In this document: positions 28,126-37,966 of the stretch, piece by piece
Layout of the letters: every line of letters starts with the position of its first letter
Position numbering within the stretch: the first letter of the stretch is position 1
Source of the DNA: Aquabacterium sp.
GTDB taxonomy: Bacteria; Pseudomonadota; Gammaproteobacteria; Burkholderiales; Burkholderiaceae_C
Direction: 5' to 3'
Length of the DNA stretch: 64,000 nucleotides
Assembly (NCBI RefSeq): GCF_050725395.1
Contig: NZ_JBOHHL010000008.1
Coordinates: 22,736-86,735 of the forward strand
Translations under genes and position numbers: made by a program
The notes under the pieces: generated by a model
Told to the model about the DNA's origin: nothing
What the model saw: the letters and a program-made list of their open reading frames with translations, nothing else
Databases searched by the model: none

Positions 28126-29094
28126 ATGCCCATCCAGTGGTTTCCCGGTCACATGAACCTGACCAAAAAAGCCATCAGCGAACGCATCAAGGAAACTGAC
28201 GTCGTGATCGAGCTGCTGGACGCCCGCCTGCCGGGCTCCAGCGCCAACCCCCTCTTGCACCAGCTGACGGGCCACAAACCCAAGCTGAAGATCCTCAACA
28301 AGCAGGACCTGGCCGACCCGGCGCGCACTGAAGCATGGCTGGACCACTACAACGCCCAGCCCGACACCCGCGCCATTCCCTTGGATGCGTCAGAGACTGC
28401 GCCGGCCCAGCGCCTGATTCAGGCCTGCCGAGCCCTGGCGCCTTCGCGCGGCGGCATGGCCAAGCCTTTGCGCGTGATGATCTGCGGCATCCCCAACGTG
28501 GGCAAGTCCACCCTGATCAACACGCTGACGGGCAAGAAGGCCACCAAGACGGGCGACGAGGCCGGCATCACGAAGATGGAACAGCGCATCGCGCTGGCGC
28601 AAGACTTCTACCTCTTCGACACGCCGGGCATGCTCTGGCCCAAGATCATCGTCGAGAAGAGCGGCTACAACCTGGCCGCCAGCGGCGCCGTGGGCCGCAA
28701 TGCCTACGATGAAGAAGAAGTGGCGCTGGAGCTGATCAACTACCTGCGCCAACACTACGCGCCCTTGCTGGAAGCGCGCTTCAAGCTCAGCGACACCAGC
28801 GCCCTGCACGACGAAGAACTGCTGACCGAGATCGGCCGCAAGCGCGGCGCGGTGCTGGGCGGCGGCCGCATCAACCTGCAAAAGGCCGGCGAGCTGGTGC
28901 TGACGGATTTCCGCTCGTCGATCATGGGCCGCATCACGCTGGAAACGGTCGATGAATTCCAGGCCTGGTGGGCAGCCGGCATGGCCATCGAGGCCGAAAA
29001 GGCCGCGAAGAAGAACAAGCGCAAGAAGGGCACCCGCGAAGCGCAAGCCGAGATCGACGCTGACGAGACCGACGCCGAGCCGGACGGTGAATGA
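28126..29094 (+). CDS. ylqF: Ribosome biogenesis GTPase YlqF/RbgA (circularly permuted GTPase)
   Basis: MPIQWFPGHM, DARLPGSSANP, NKQDLAD (G4), GIPNVGKSTLIN (G1), DTPGMLWP (G3). Basic, acidic C-terminal tail. Confidence 0.9.
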   Translation: MPIQWFPGHMNLTKKAISERIKETDVVIELLDARLPGSSANPLLHQLTGHKPKLKILNKQDLADPARTEAWLDHYNAQPDTRAIPLDASETAPAQRLIQACRALAPSRGGMAKPLRVMICGIPNVGKSTLINTLTGKKATKTGDEAGITKMEQRIALAQDFYLFDTPGMLWPKIIVEKSGYNLAASGAVGRNAYDEEEVALELINYLRQHYAPLLEARFKLSDTSALHDEELLTEIGRKRGAVLGGGRINLQKAGELVLTDFRSSIMGRITLETVDEFQAWWAAGMAIEAEKAAKKNKRKKGTREAQAEIDADETDAEPDGE

Positions 29095-31046
29095 CGGACG
29101 CGGTGTTCAAACCCAAGGGCCTCACGCCCACGGCCGAGCAACTGGCCATCCAGCTTGAACGCCATCGTCATGTGGTCGTCGAGGCCAATGCCGGCGCGGC
29201 CAAGACCACCACGCTGGCCCTGCGCCTGGCCCAGGCTTTGGCGCGCGGTGCCAGCCTCGACCACATCCAGGTGTTGACCTACACCGAAGCGGCCGTCACG
29301 TCCCTGCGCCTGGCACTCGACCGCATCGGCATCGCCGCCGCCGTGCGCAACAAGCTGCGCATCCAGACCTTCGACCAGTTCTGCGCCGACCGCCTGGCCA
29401 GCATCGAAGGCCCCGGTGTGACCCGCTACACCGCGCCCGAGCAGCTCAAGCCCCACGTGCTGCAGGCCATTGACCGCGTGCTGTCCAACCAGGACGAACG
29501 CCACCGCGACGAGTTCACCATCGAAGGCTCGGGCGAAGGCAGCGTGGAAGGCCTGCTGGCCTCCTTCGCGCGCCTGAAGGGCACGCTGCAGTTGACCCTG
29601 GAAGCCCCCGACCAACCCTTGACACCGGCCCTGGCCAGCGAACTGGGCCACGACTACCTGACCCTGCGCGTGTTCTGGGCCTACGAACACATTCGCCGCG
29701 GCGGCCACCCCGACCGCCACGCCTTCCGCGCGCCCGACGACGCCACCCACGACCTGGCCAAGCTGCTGCTGAGCGAAGATGCCCTGCTGGAAGGCGAGCA
29801 CCCCGTGGCCCTGGGCCTGCACCTCATCCTGCTGGACGAGATGCACGACACCAACCGCGCCATGTTCACGGTGCTGCAACAGGTGCTGCGCGAGAATCCT
29901 GCCGCCTTCATCGGCTTTGGCGACCGCGACCAGGTGATCCACGCCACCGCCGGCGCCGATGCGCGCTTCATGGGCGAGGCCTTCGACCGCGAAATCGGCA
30001 CCGCCCAGCGCCTGCCTTTGAACAGCTCTTACCGCTTTGGCCCGGCCTTGGCGCATCACGTGGGCCGCCTGTCGGTCAAAACCTATTTGTCGCAAAGCGC
30101 GCGCGGCACCACCGTGAACGTGGTGCGCTGTGAGCAGGCCAAGGAAGTGCACTGGCACATCGCCCAGGCCATCCGCCACCGCGAGGGTCTGGGCGCCGAT
30201 TCACCGCTGTCAGAAACCGCCATCCTGCTGCGCCAGCCCCACCAGTCGGTCGAGCTGGAAAACCACCTGCTGGACCAGGGCCTGGACTACCGCACCGCCG
30301 GCTTCGACCCCTACCTGATGCGGCCCGAGGTGCTCTTCGTGCGCGGCCTGATGGCCCATGCCCGCGAAGAGTTTCCCGCCATCGAGGACGTGGACACGCG
30401 CATGCGCATCCTCCAAGCCCTGCTGCTGTTCTGCGGCTCCTTCGTGGAGTCCGACAGCACTGACCACGACAAGCGGCAAAAGGACGAACTGGCCGCCATC
30501 AAGGAAGTGGCCAAGCAGCCCGGCCTGGCACCGCACTTCGTTCAGAACCAGGTGCTGCGCAACGCGCCACCCCACATCCGCGGCCTCATCTACGACGCGC
30601 TGGACGTGATCCGCGCCAACGCCACCGACCTGCTGCTGGCGCGCTTCACCGAAGCGCTGGCGCCGCAGCGCCTGGCCGCCCGGGTCATGGTGCGTGCCGA
30701 CGACATCGAACAGGTCAGCGCCAACGTCCGCGGCCTGATCCAGTCGGCCGCCACCTTCGACAACGTCGAGTCTTTCTTCCGGGCGATGAATGCGCGTGAA
30801 GTGCGCCAGAAATCCATGCGCAGCAAGCATTGCGTGCTGTTGTCGAGCATCGAAGCCGCCAAGGGCCTGGAGTTCGAGCACGTCATCATGCCCGGCCTGA
30901 ACAAGGGCGAATTCGCCGTCGGCGGCAACACCACCGACAACCGCAACCTGCTGTACGTGGGCATGACCCGCGCCAAGAACCGGCTGACCATCCTGTACGA
31001 CGGCGCCCGCCCCAGCAAATACCTCATCGACGCCGGGCTGATCTAG
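29091..31046 (+). CDS. UvrD/REP-type superfamily-1 helicase-like protein with a non-canonical Walker A
   Basis: ATG overlaps the ylqF stop (ATGA). SF1 motifs: I = EANAGAAKTTT (AKT instead of GKT), Ia = LTYTEAAV, II = LLDEMHDT, III = GFGDRDQVIH, IV = SSYRFG, V = IEAAKGLEFEHVIM, VI = NLLYVGMTRAKNRL. Confidence 0.85.
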   Translation: MTDAVFKPKGLTPTAEQLAIQLERHRHVVVEANAGAAKTTTLALRLAQALARGASLDHIQVLTYTEAAVTSLRLALDRIGIAAAVRNKLRIQTFDQFCADRLASIEGPGVTRYTAPEQLKPHVLQAIDRVLSNQDERHRDEFTIEGSGEGSVEGLLASFARLKGTLQLTLEAPDQPLTPALASELGHDYLTLRVFWAYEHIRRGGHPDRHAFRAPDDATHDLAKLLLSEDALLEGEHPVALGLHLILLDEMHDTNRAMFTVLQQVLRENPAAFIGFGDRDQVIHATAGADARFMGEAFDREIGTAQRLPLNSSYRFGPALAHHVGRLSVKTYLSQSARGTTVNVVRCEQAKEVHWHIAQAIRHREGLGADSPLSETAILLRQPHQSVELENHLLDQGLDYRTAGFDPYLMRPEVLFVRGLMAHAREEFPAIEDVDTRMRILQALLLFCGSFVESDSTDHDKRQKDELAAIKEVAKQPGLAPHFVQNQVLRNAPPHIRGLIYDALDVIRANATDLLLARFTEALAPQRLAARVMVRADDIEQVSANVRGLIQSAATFDNVESFFRAMNAREVRQKSMRSKHCVLLSSIEAAKGLEFEHVIMPGLNKGEFAVGGNTTDNRNLLYVGMTRAKNRLTILYDGARPSKYLIDAGLI

Positions 31047-31157
31047 CTCACCGGCTTGGAAAGGGCATTCCCCAAGGCACGAAGGTGACAGTGGCAATGG
31101 CGTGCATTTCGCACACCCGTGTGATGATGTCGGACTGGATCCACCTGAAAAGACACC

Positions 31158-32435
31158 ATGGCCTCACCCCAAGACCACATCAGCATGGCGCTGTTCTGCG
31201 ACTTCGAGAACGTTGCCCTCGGCGTGCGCGATGCGCAATACGACAAGTTCGACATCAAGCGCGTGCTCGAACGACTGCTGCTCAAAGGCAGCATCGTCGT
31301 CAAGAAGGCCTACTGCGACTGGGAGCGCTACAAGGGCTTCAAGGCCACCATGCACGAGGCCAACTTCGAGTTGATCGAGATCCCCCACGTGCGCCAGTCG
31401 GGCAAGAATTCGGCCGACATCCGCATGGTGGTCGATGCCCTGGACCTGTGCTACACCAAGTCGCACGTCAACACCTTCGTCATCATTTCGGGCGACTCGG
31501 ACTTCTCGCCCCTGGTGTCCAAGCTGCGCGAGAACGCCAAATACGTGATCGGCGTGGGCGTCAAGCAATCCACGTCCGACCTGCTGATCGCCAATTGCGA
31601 CGAGTTCATCTTCTACGACGACCTGGTGCGCGAAAGCCAGCGCCAGGCCGCGCGGCGTGAACCGCAGAACAACCAGCAAGCCGCCCGACGCTCCCCCGAA
31701 GACGAGAACCGCCGCCGCGAGACCATGGACGCGCGCCGCACCAAGGGCGTCGACATGGCGGTGGAAACCTTCGAGGCCCTGGTGTCCGAGCGCGGCGACA
31801 GTGGCAAGATGTGGGCCTCGGTGCTGAAAGAGGCCATCAAGCGGCGCAACCCCGGCTTCAGCGAGTCGTACTACGGCTTCCGCACCTTCGGCAACCTGCT
31901 GGAAGAAGCCCAGTCGCGCGGACTGCTGGAGTTCGGCCGCGACGAAAAATCCGGGGCCTACGTCTACCGGGGCAATGGCGGCGGCGCCGCCCAGGCGCCC
32001 CAGCCCAGCCGGACCGAAGTCCATCACACGGCACAGCCGGTCCAGGCCGGCACACCCGCGCCAGAACCCCGGACCGCGGACGACGCGCCAGAGAAGTCGG
32101 AATCCCGCCGACGTGGTGGCCGAGGGGGCCGCAAGTCGTCTGGCAAGCCAGACACCGTGGCGACCGAGGCGCCCGCCGTGAGCGCCCCAGCGGAGACCGT
32201 GGAGACCGTGGAGACCTGGTACGAGCCCGTGGCGCCCGAGTTGATGCAGCCACCAGCCTTCTCCCACGCCGATGCCTTCATCCCCCAGGACGAGGACGCG
32301 GAAACGGCCGCCGAGGAGGCTGCGCCGGCCAAGCCGGCCCGCAGCCGACGGCCACGCCAGGCTGCGGCCAAATCGGCACCGAAGCCCGCCACCAAGCGCG
32401 CGCCCCGGGCCCGCAAGAACGCGGACCAGGCTTGA
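31158..32435 (+). CDS. NYN (LabA-like) ribonuclease-fold domain + OST-HTH/LOTUS domain protein with a disordered basic tail
   Basis: NYN: ALFCDFENV...KAYCDW...GKNSADIRMVVDALDL...IISGDSDFSPLVSKLRENAKYVIGVG. LOTUS-like: MWASVLKEAIKRRNPGFSESYYGFRTFGNLLEEAQSRGLLEF. The C-terminal ~130 aa are Ala/Pro/Arg-rich. Confidence 0.85.
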   Translation: MASPQDHISMALFCDFENVALGVRDAQYDKFDIKRVLERLLLKGSIVVKKAYCDWERYKGFKATMHEANFELIEIPHVRQSGKNSADIRMVVDALDLCYTKSHVNTFVIISGDSDFSPLVSKLRENAKYVIGVGVKQSTSDLLIANCDEFIFYDDLVRESQRQAARREPQNNQQAARRSPEDENRRRETMDARRTKGVDMAVETFEALVSERGDSGKMWASVLKEAIKRRNPGFSESYYGFRTFGNLLEEAQSRGLLEFGRDEKSGAYVYRGNGGGAAQAPQPSRTEVHHTAQPVQAGTPAPEPRTADDAPEKSESRRRGGRGGRKSSGKPDTVATEAPAVSAPAETVETVETWYEPVAPELMQPPAFSHADAFIPQDEDAETAAEEAAPAKPARSRRPRQAAAKSAPKPATKRAPRARKNADQA

Positions 32436-32719
32436 ACTGGCGCAGCCCCAACCAGGGGGCCGCGCCCATCACCAAATAACGCCCTTTCGTGGCGCATTTC
32501 ACGTGCATTGACCACCGGTTGTCCTGCATGCTTCGGTTGTCTGGCCGATATCAAGTCAGATCCGATCAAACGCCACGGGCGATCGGGATCCGTTCCAGCT
32601 TGTCCAGCACCAGCTCGTCTAACCGACGGACTTGTCAAGCCGAAGCGTGATGACAAAAAAAGGGAATCACTGGCGCTGCTGGCGTCGTTCCACACTCAAT
32701 CAGTGAAGGACAACTCAGC

Positions 32720-34852
32720 ATGAGCGCACCCGCAAAGCATCCGTCGTGGATCATCCGCCTGTTCAACAACGCGAAGTACCGCGAACTGCAGGCACAGGCC
32801 GAGCAAGCCCAGCGCGATCTCGAAGCCAAGCTCGCCGACATGACGGGCCAGATCAACGCGATCCACAAAGCGCAAGCGGTCATCGAGTTCACGCTGGATG
32901 GCAGGATCCTGCATGCCAATGACAACTTCCTGAAAACCCTGGGCTACAGCTTGGCCGAGGTCAAGGACCAGCACCATGGCATGTTCGTGGACGCCGAGCA
33001 CCGCGCCAGCGCCGAGTACCGCCTGTTTTGGGAAAAGCTGGGCCGGGGCGAATTCGACGCGGGCGAATACCGCCGCATCGGCAAGGGCGGCAAAGAGGTC
33101 TGGATCCAGGCCTCCTACAACCCCATCATGGACGTGAGCGGCAAGCCTTTCAAGGTCGTGAAGTACGCCACCGACATCACCGCCACCAAACTGATGGCGG
33201 CCAATTTCTCGGGCCAGCTCAGCGCCATCAACAAAGCCCAGGCGGTCATCGAGTTTGCACTGGATGGCACCGTCGTCTGCGCCAACGACAACTTCCTTGG
33301 CGCCGTCGGCTACAGCCTGCCAGAGATCAAAGGGCAGCACCACGGCATGTTCGTGGACCCCGATCACCGGGCCAGCATCGAGTACCGCCTGTTCTGGGAA
33401 AAACTGGGCCGTGGCGAGTTCGACGCCGGCCAGTACAAGCGCATCGGCAAGGGCGGCAAGGAAATCTGGATCCAGGCCTCCTACAACCCCATCATGGACA
33501 TGAACGGCAAGCCCTTCAAGGTCGTGAAGTACGCCACCGACATCACGGCGCAGGTCCACGCGGCACGCATGCTGTCGCAGGCCGTCGAGCAGGCGCAAAG
33601 CGTCACCACAGCCGCCCAGCGTGGCGACCTCGGCCAACGCATCCCCCTGGAAGGCAAGACCGGCCAGATCGAGGTGCTGTGCAGCGGCGTCAATGCGTTG
33701 CTGGAGACTACCCGCGTCATCTTCGACGACGTGGGCCGCGTGCTGGGCGCCTTGTCGGCCGGTGACCTGACCCAGCGCATCGAACGCGACTACTCCGGTC
33801 TCTTCGGCCAGGTCAAGGACGACGCCAATGCCACCAGCGAAAAGCTGGCCAACATCATCGAAGACGTGGGCCGCGTGTTCGGCGCCATGGCCGCCGGTGA
33901 CCTGGCCCAGCGCATCACGCGCGACGCCGAAGGCACCTTCGACCAGGTCAAGAACGACGCCAATGCCACGTGCGAAAAATTGGCCGGCATCATCGACGAA
34001 GTGCGCGGCGCGGCCGATGCCCTGTCGGGTGCCGCCACCCAGGTGAGCGCCACCGCGCAATCGCTGTCGCAAGCGGCCAGCGAACAGGCCGCCTCGGTCG
34101 AAGAGACCACGGCCTCGATCGACATGATGTCGATGTCCATCTCGCAGAACAGCGACAACGCCAACGTCACCGATGGCATGGCCACCAAGGCCAGCACCGA
34201 AGCCGGCGAAGGCGGCGAGGCCGTGACGCAGACCGTGCAGGCCATGAAGCAGATCGCGCAGAAGATCAGCATCGTGGACGACATCGCCTACCAGACCAAC
34301 CTGCTGGCCCTGAACGCCGCCATCGAAGCGGCACGTGCCGGTGAGCATGGCAAGGGCTTCGCCGTGGTGGCCGCCGAAGTGCGCAAGCTGGCCGAACGCA
34401 GCCAGGAAGCCGCCAAGGAGATCGGCGACCTGGCCACCAACAGCGTGTCGACCGCCGAGCGTGCGGGCAAGCTGCTGGGCGAGATCGTGCCCTCCATCCA
34501 GAAGACCAGCGGCCTGGTGCAAGAGATCGCCGCGGCCTCGTCCGAACAAAGCCAATCGGTCTCGCAGATCAGCGGTGCCATGTCGCAGCTGAGCAAGGCC
34601 ACACAGCAGAACGCCTCGGCCTCGGAAGAGCTGGCCGCCACGTCCGAAGAGTTGTCCGGCCAAGCCGAGCAGCTGCAGCAATCGGTGGCCTTCTTCCACC
34701 TCGGCGATGAGACCGCCGCCCCGGTCAGGAAAGCCAAACCCGAAGCCGACAACGGCAAGCGCCGGGCCAACGGTGCGCCCGTCATGCGGGCCGTGAGCTC
34801 GAGCGGACCATCGCCCCGCGCCGTCAGCGGCGGCAATTTCCGCCCGTACTGA
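32720..34852 (+). CDS. Soluble methyl-accepting chemotaxis protein with two PAS domains and HAMP-like repeats
   Basis: No TM segment. Duplicated PAS (…[11 protein letters not shown]...ANDNFL...[14 protein letters not shown]...). MCP signalling hairpin [40 protein letters not shown]. Confidence 0.92.
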   Translation: MSAPAKHPSWIIRLFNNAKYRELQAQAEQAQRDLEAKLADMTGQINAIHKAQAVIEFTLDGRILHANDNFLKTLGYSLAEVKDQHHGMFVDAEHRASAEYRLFWEKLGRGEFDAGEYRRIGKGGKEVWIQASYNPIMDVSGKPFKVVKYATDITATKLMAANFSGQLSAINKAQAVIEFALDGTVVCANDNFLGAVGYSLPEIKGQHHGMFVDPDHRASIEYRLFWEKLGRGEFDAGQYKRIGKGGKEIWIQASYNPIMDMNGKPFKVVKYATDITAQVHAARMLSQAVEQAQSVTTAAQRGDLGQRIPLEGKTGQIEVLCSGVNALLETTRVIFDDVGRVLGALSAGDLTQRIERDYSGLFGQVKDDANATSEKLANIIEDVGRVFGAMAAGDLAQRITRDAEGTFDQVKNDANATCEKLAGIIDEVRGAADALSGAATQVSATAQSLSQAASEQAASVEETTASIDMMSMSISQNSDNANVTDGMATKASTEAGEGGEAVTQTVQAMKQIAQKISIVDDIAYQTNLLALNAAIEAARAGEHGKGFAVVAAEVRKLAERSQEAAKEIGDLATNSVSTAERAGKLLGEIVPSIQKTSGLVQEIAAASSEQSQSVSQISGAMSQLSKATQQNASASEELAATSEELSGQAEQLQQSVAFFHLGDETAAPVRKAKPEADNGKRRANGAPVMRAVSSSGPSPRAVSGGNFRPY
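32852..33583 (+). repeat. Intragenic tandem duplication (2 x 366 bp) encoding the two PAS domains of the MCP
   Basis: [17 protein letters not shown]... (from 32852) and [17 protein letters not shown]... (from 33218) are ~80% identical at protein level by eye. A further 135-bp periodic repeat (GACGTGGGCCGCGTG at 33728 and 33863) encodes HAMP-like units. Confidence 0.8.
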
Positions 34853-34865
34853 TGGGGGGTGGACC

Positions 34866-35678
34866 ATGGTTGAGCTCCGCGACGAGACTTACCGCCAGCT
34901 CACTGGCCTGATGTACCAAGCCGTGGGCCTGTCCCTCGGCGACAGCAAGAAGCCTTTGGTGTCATCGCGCCTGAGCCCGCGCATTCAGCGCCTGGGCATG
35001 GGCGGCTTCGAAGACTACCTGGCGTTGATCTCCAGCGACCACGATGAGGGCGAGTTCCAAGTGGCCGTGGACCTGCTCACGACCAACGAGACCTACTTTT
35101 TCCGCGAGCCCGAGCACTTCACCTGGCTGGAAAAAGAGATCGAGGCACAGCGCCTCAAGTCGCCCGCCATCTGGAGCGCCGCCAGCTCCTTCGGAGACGA
35201 GGCTTTCAGCATCGCCATGCTGCTGGCCGACCTGCAGGGCAAGGGCCGCATCGGCCACGACTGGTCCATCCTGGGCACGGACATCAGCGACCGCGTGCTG
35301 CGCAGCGCCAGCCAGGCGGTCTACCCCGCCGACCGCCTGCGCCACGTGGACGCCCGCCGCCTGAAACAGTACTGCCTGCGTGGCGACGGTGACGCCGAGG
35401 GCCTGGTCCAGATCCAGCCCAGGCTGCGCGAGCACGTGCGCTTTGGCCAGCTCAACCTCTGCCGTCCCATCGAAGACCTGGGCCCCTTCGACATGATCTT
35501 CCTGCGCAATGTGCTGATCTACTTCGACGTACCCACCAAGCGTGAAGTGGTCGACCGCGTGCTGACCCAGTTGAAGCCCGGCGGCCTGTTCTTCATCGGC
35601 TCGGCCGAAGGGCGCGTGCCTTGCGACACCCCGCTGAAACCACTGGCCACGGGCGTTTTCCGCAAGGTGGCCGCTTGA
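34866..35678 (+). CDS. cheR: Chemotaxis protein methyltransferase CheR
   Basis: TTNETYFFREPEHF, IWSAASSFGDEAFSIAML, FDMIFLRNVLIYFD. Confidence 0.92.
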   Translation: MVELRDETYRQLTGLMYQAVGLSLGDSKKPLVSSRLSPRIQRLGMGGFEDYLALISSDHDEGEFQVAVDLLTTNETYFFREPEHFTWLEKEIEAQRLKSPAIWSAASSFGDEAFSIAMLLADLQGKGRIGHDWSILGTDISDRVLRSASQAVYPADRLRHVDARRLKQYCLRGDGDAEGLVQIQPRLREHVRFGQLNLCRPIEDLGPFDMIFLRNVLIYFDVPTKREVVDRVLTQLKPGGLFFIGSAEGRVPCDTPLKPLATGVFRKVAA

Positions 35679-36157
35679 TCGCCGACACCGATACCGCCAC
35701 CGGCTGCGTGCACATCCTGCACCCGGGTGACGTCGTGTGCGCCCACCGGGGTGACCGGCTGGACACCCTGCTGGGTTCCTGCGTGGCCATCCTTCTGACG
35801 GACCCGCACCACACGGTGGGCGCCATGTGCCACATCGTGCATTCGAACGCCAGGTCCAATGCCCGCCAGACCACGGCCCACGCCAGCACCGCGCTGGCCA
35901 CGATGTACCAGTTGCTGCGCCGGCAAGGTTTCGCGCCCCAACTGTGCAAGGCCTATGTCTATGGCGGGGGCAACATGTTCCCCGCCCTGGCAACCACGAG
36001 CCATGTGGGCGATGTCAATGCCAGCTGGGCGCTCCAGGCCTTGCAGCACGACCGCGTGGACGTCATCGAGCATGACCTGGGCGGCAACGCCTACCGCCGA
36101 GTGGCCTGGACCATCGGCAGCACCAGACCCAAGGTCGAAGCAGTTCGGGTGAACTGA
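35675..36157 (+). CDS. cheD: Chemoreceptor glutamine deamidase CheD
   Basis: LDTLLGSCVAILLTDP...GAMCHIVHS...VYGGGNMF is CheD family. The start is either TTG 35675 (TTGA overlap with the cheR stop) or in-frame ATG 35621 (58-nt overlap). Confidence 0.85.
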   Translation: MIADTDTATGCVHILHPGDVVCAHRGDRLDTLLGSCVAILLTDPHHTVGAMCHIVHSNARSNARQTTAHASTALATMYQLLRRQGFAPQLCKAYVYGGGNMFPALATTSHVGDVNASWALQALQHDRVDVIEHDLGGNAYRRVAWTIGSTRPKVEAVRVN

Positions 36158-36233
36158 AGCGGACGCGGCCCGCAAATCCGCGAGAATCGGGTTTCGTCGA
36201 TCCGACGCAGAACCACCGTTTCACGCCAGCACC

Positions 36234-36485
36234 ATGACCGAAGCCGCCCCACAAGCTCCCGCCCTGCCCGACCGCCTGTCCATCGATCCCCGCAGCGCCC
36301 ACTACCACGCCGCCGTGTTCGAGCACGACATCGGCATCCGCTTCAACGACAAGGAACGCTTCGACGTCGAGGAATACTGCGTCAGCGAAGGCTGGATCAA
36401 GGTGCCTGCCGGCAAGAAAGTCGACCGCAAGGGCAAGCCCCTGCTGCTGACCTTGAAGGGCAAGGTCGAAGCCTTCTACAAGTGA
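36234..36485 (+). CDS. DUF3297 family protein
   Basis: 83 aa. DRLSIDPRSAHYHAAVFEHDIGIRFNDKERFDVEEYCVSEGWIKV matches my recollection of DUF3297. Confidence 0.65.
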   Translation: MTEAAPQAPALPDRLSIDPRSAHYHAAVFEHDIGIRFNDKERFDVEEYCVSEGWIKVPAGKKVDRKGKPLLLTLKGKVEAFYK

Positions 36486-36505
36486 AGTGAATCCCGCGGG
36501 CCAAC

Positions 36506-37171
36506 TCAATCAGCGGCTTCGTCGGCCGCGATCTGGCGCAAGGCCTGCTCGAACACCGCGGTGGGCTGACCGCCCGAGATCAGGTGCTGGTCGTTGACGA
36601 TCACCGCCGGCACCGAGTGGATGCCGCTGCTGGTGTAGAGCGCCTCCTGGGCGCGCACGTCTTCTGCGAATTCGCCACTGCCCAGGATGGACTGCGCGCG
36701 GGTCGTGTCCAAGCCCGCTTGTTGCACCACCGCCAGCAGCACCTCGTGGGATTCCATGCTTTGGCGGTCGCGGTGGCAGGCCACCAGCAGCGCCTTCTTC
36801 AACGCCAGTTGCCGGTCACCATGCTCAACGCCAGCCCAGTGCAGCAGGCGGTGGGCATCGAAGGTGTTGTAGATGCGGCCCCTGCCCGCCGGGCTGAACT
36901 CGAAGCCGACCTCGGCCCCGCGCTGGCGGATGGTGTCGCGGATCTGCGCCTGCTGTTCGGCGGTCGACCCGTACTTCTGCGTCAGGTGTTCGGTGATGTC
37001 CTGGCCGCCGGGCGCCATGCGCGGGTTCAGCTCGAAGGGCTGGCAATGGACGCGGGCCGTGATGCCCTCGCCTTGCAGGCGGGCCAGGGCCGCTTCCAGC
37101 GCGGACAAGCCAATGGCGCACCAGGGGCAGGACACATCGGACACGAAATCGATCTTGAGTGAGGTCGGCAT
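36506..37171 (-). CDS. DsbA-family (FrnE-like) thiol:disulfide oxidoreductase
   Basis: KIDFVSDVSCPWCAIG (CPWC active site)...GIHSVPAVIVNDQHLISGGQP. Start probably ATG 37171 (MPTSLK); the longer option is ATG 37207. Confidence 0.85.
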   Translation of the reverse strand: MPTSLKIDFVSDVSCPWCAIGLSALEAALARLQGEGITARVHCQPFELNPRMAPGGQDITEHLTQKYGSTAEQQAQIRDTIRQRGAEVGFEFSPAGRGRIYNTFDAHRLLHWAGVEHGDRQLALKKALLVACHRDRQSMESHEVLLAVVQQAGLDTTRAQSILGSGEFAEDVRAQEALYTSSGIHSVPAVIVNDQHLISGGQPTAVFEQALRQIAADEAAD

Positions 37172-37207
37172 GGTGAACGCATCATAGCGAGCCAAGGCCA
37201 ACCCCAT

Positions 37208-37897
37208 TCAGATCAGGCGCATCGACAATTCCACGTCGCCGCCAAACGGCGTGGACAGGTAGCCGTTGGCCGGGGCGCGCACCCGGGCCAGGTACTCCGG
37301 ACTGTGGTCGGCGTTGTCGGCCACGACCAGGGCGCCGGGCCGCAGGCGGCTTTCCAGCAAGGCCAGCACCTCGGGGTACAAGGCTTTGGCGCCGTCGAGC
37401 AAGAGCAGGTCGATGGTGTCGGGCAGGTTGGTGGCCAAGGTCTGCAAGGCATCGCCCACGCGGATCTCGACCAGGTCGAGCAGGCCGCCGGCTTCGAGGT
37501 TGGCCCGGGCCCGCGCCACCTTCGAGGGCTCGAACTCGCTGGTGATCAGGCGGCCGCCGCCGTTGTCGCGCAAGGCCGCGGCCAGGTGCAGGGTCGAGAT
37601 GCCGAAGGAGGTCCCGAACTCCACGATGGTCCGCACGCCGCCTTGGCGTGCCAGCATGTAGAGCAAGCGTGCCGTCTCGCGTGAGACGGGCAGGGGCACG
37701 TCTTTCAGGCGGCCGTACAGCTCGATGTAGTCGGTCTTGCTTTGCATCAAGCGCGCCCACTCGGTGGTGGACAGTTCGGCCATCACCGGGGCATTGCTGG
37801 GCGAGGCTTCATCGGCCTCGATGAAGAGGCGCGCCAACAGGGGCGCGAGGGGTGCGGTGGTCAGGGTGGTGTTCATGTGAAGTGTCCGTTGGTTCAT
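37208..37897 (-). CDS. Class I SAM-dependent O-methyltransferase (family 3 / caffeoyl-CoA OMT-like)
   Basis: TIVEFGTSFGISTLHLAAAL...ITSEFEPSKVARARANL...IDLLLLDGAKALY. It abuts the DsbA-like gene and is probably in the same operon. Confidence 0.8.
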   Translation of the reverse strand: MNQRTLHMNTTLTTAPLAPLLARLFIEADEASPSNAPVMAELSTTEWARLMQSKTDYIELYGRLKDVPLPVSRETARLLYMLARQGGVRTIVEFGTSFGISTLHLAAALRDNGGGRLITSEFEPSKVARARANLEAGGLLDLVEIRVGDALQTLATNLPDTIDLLLLDGAKALYPEVLALLESRLRPGALVVADNADHSPEYLARVRAPANGYLSTPFGGDVELSMRLI

Positions 37898-37966
37898 GGA
37901 TCGTTGGGATGGATGAATAATATGAACAAACCTTCACATTGACCATTCGCGTTGCGGAGTCACCCC

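Noticed and set aside
32544-32551. GCCGATAT box upstream of the soluble MCP gene, as a possible sigma-28 -10 element.
   Set aside because: No TAAAG/TCAAG-like -35 element lies at the required 11-12 nt spacing upstream (the sequence there is CTGCATGC).
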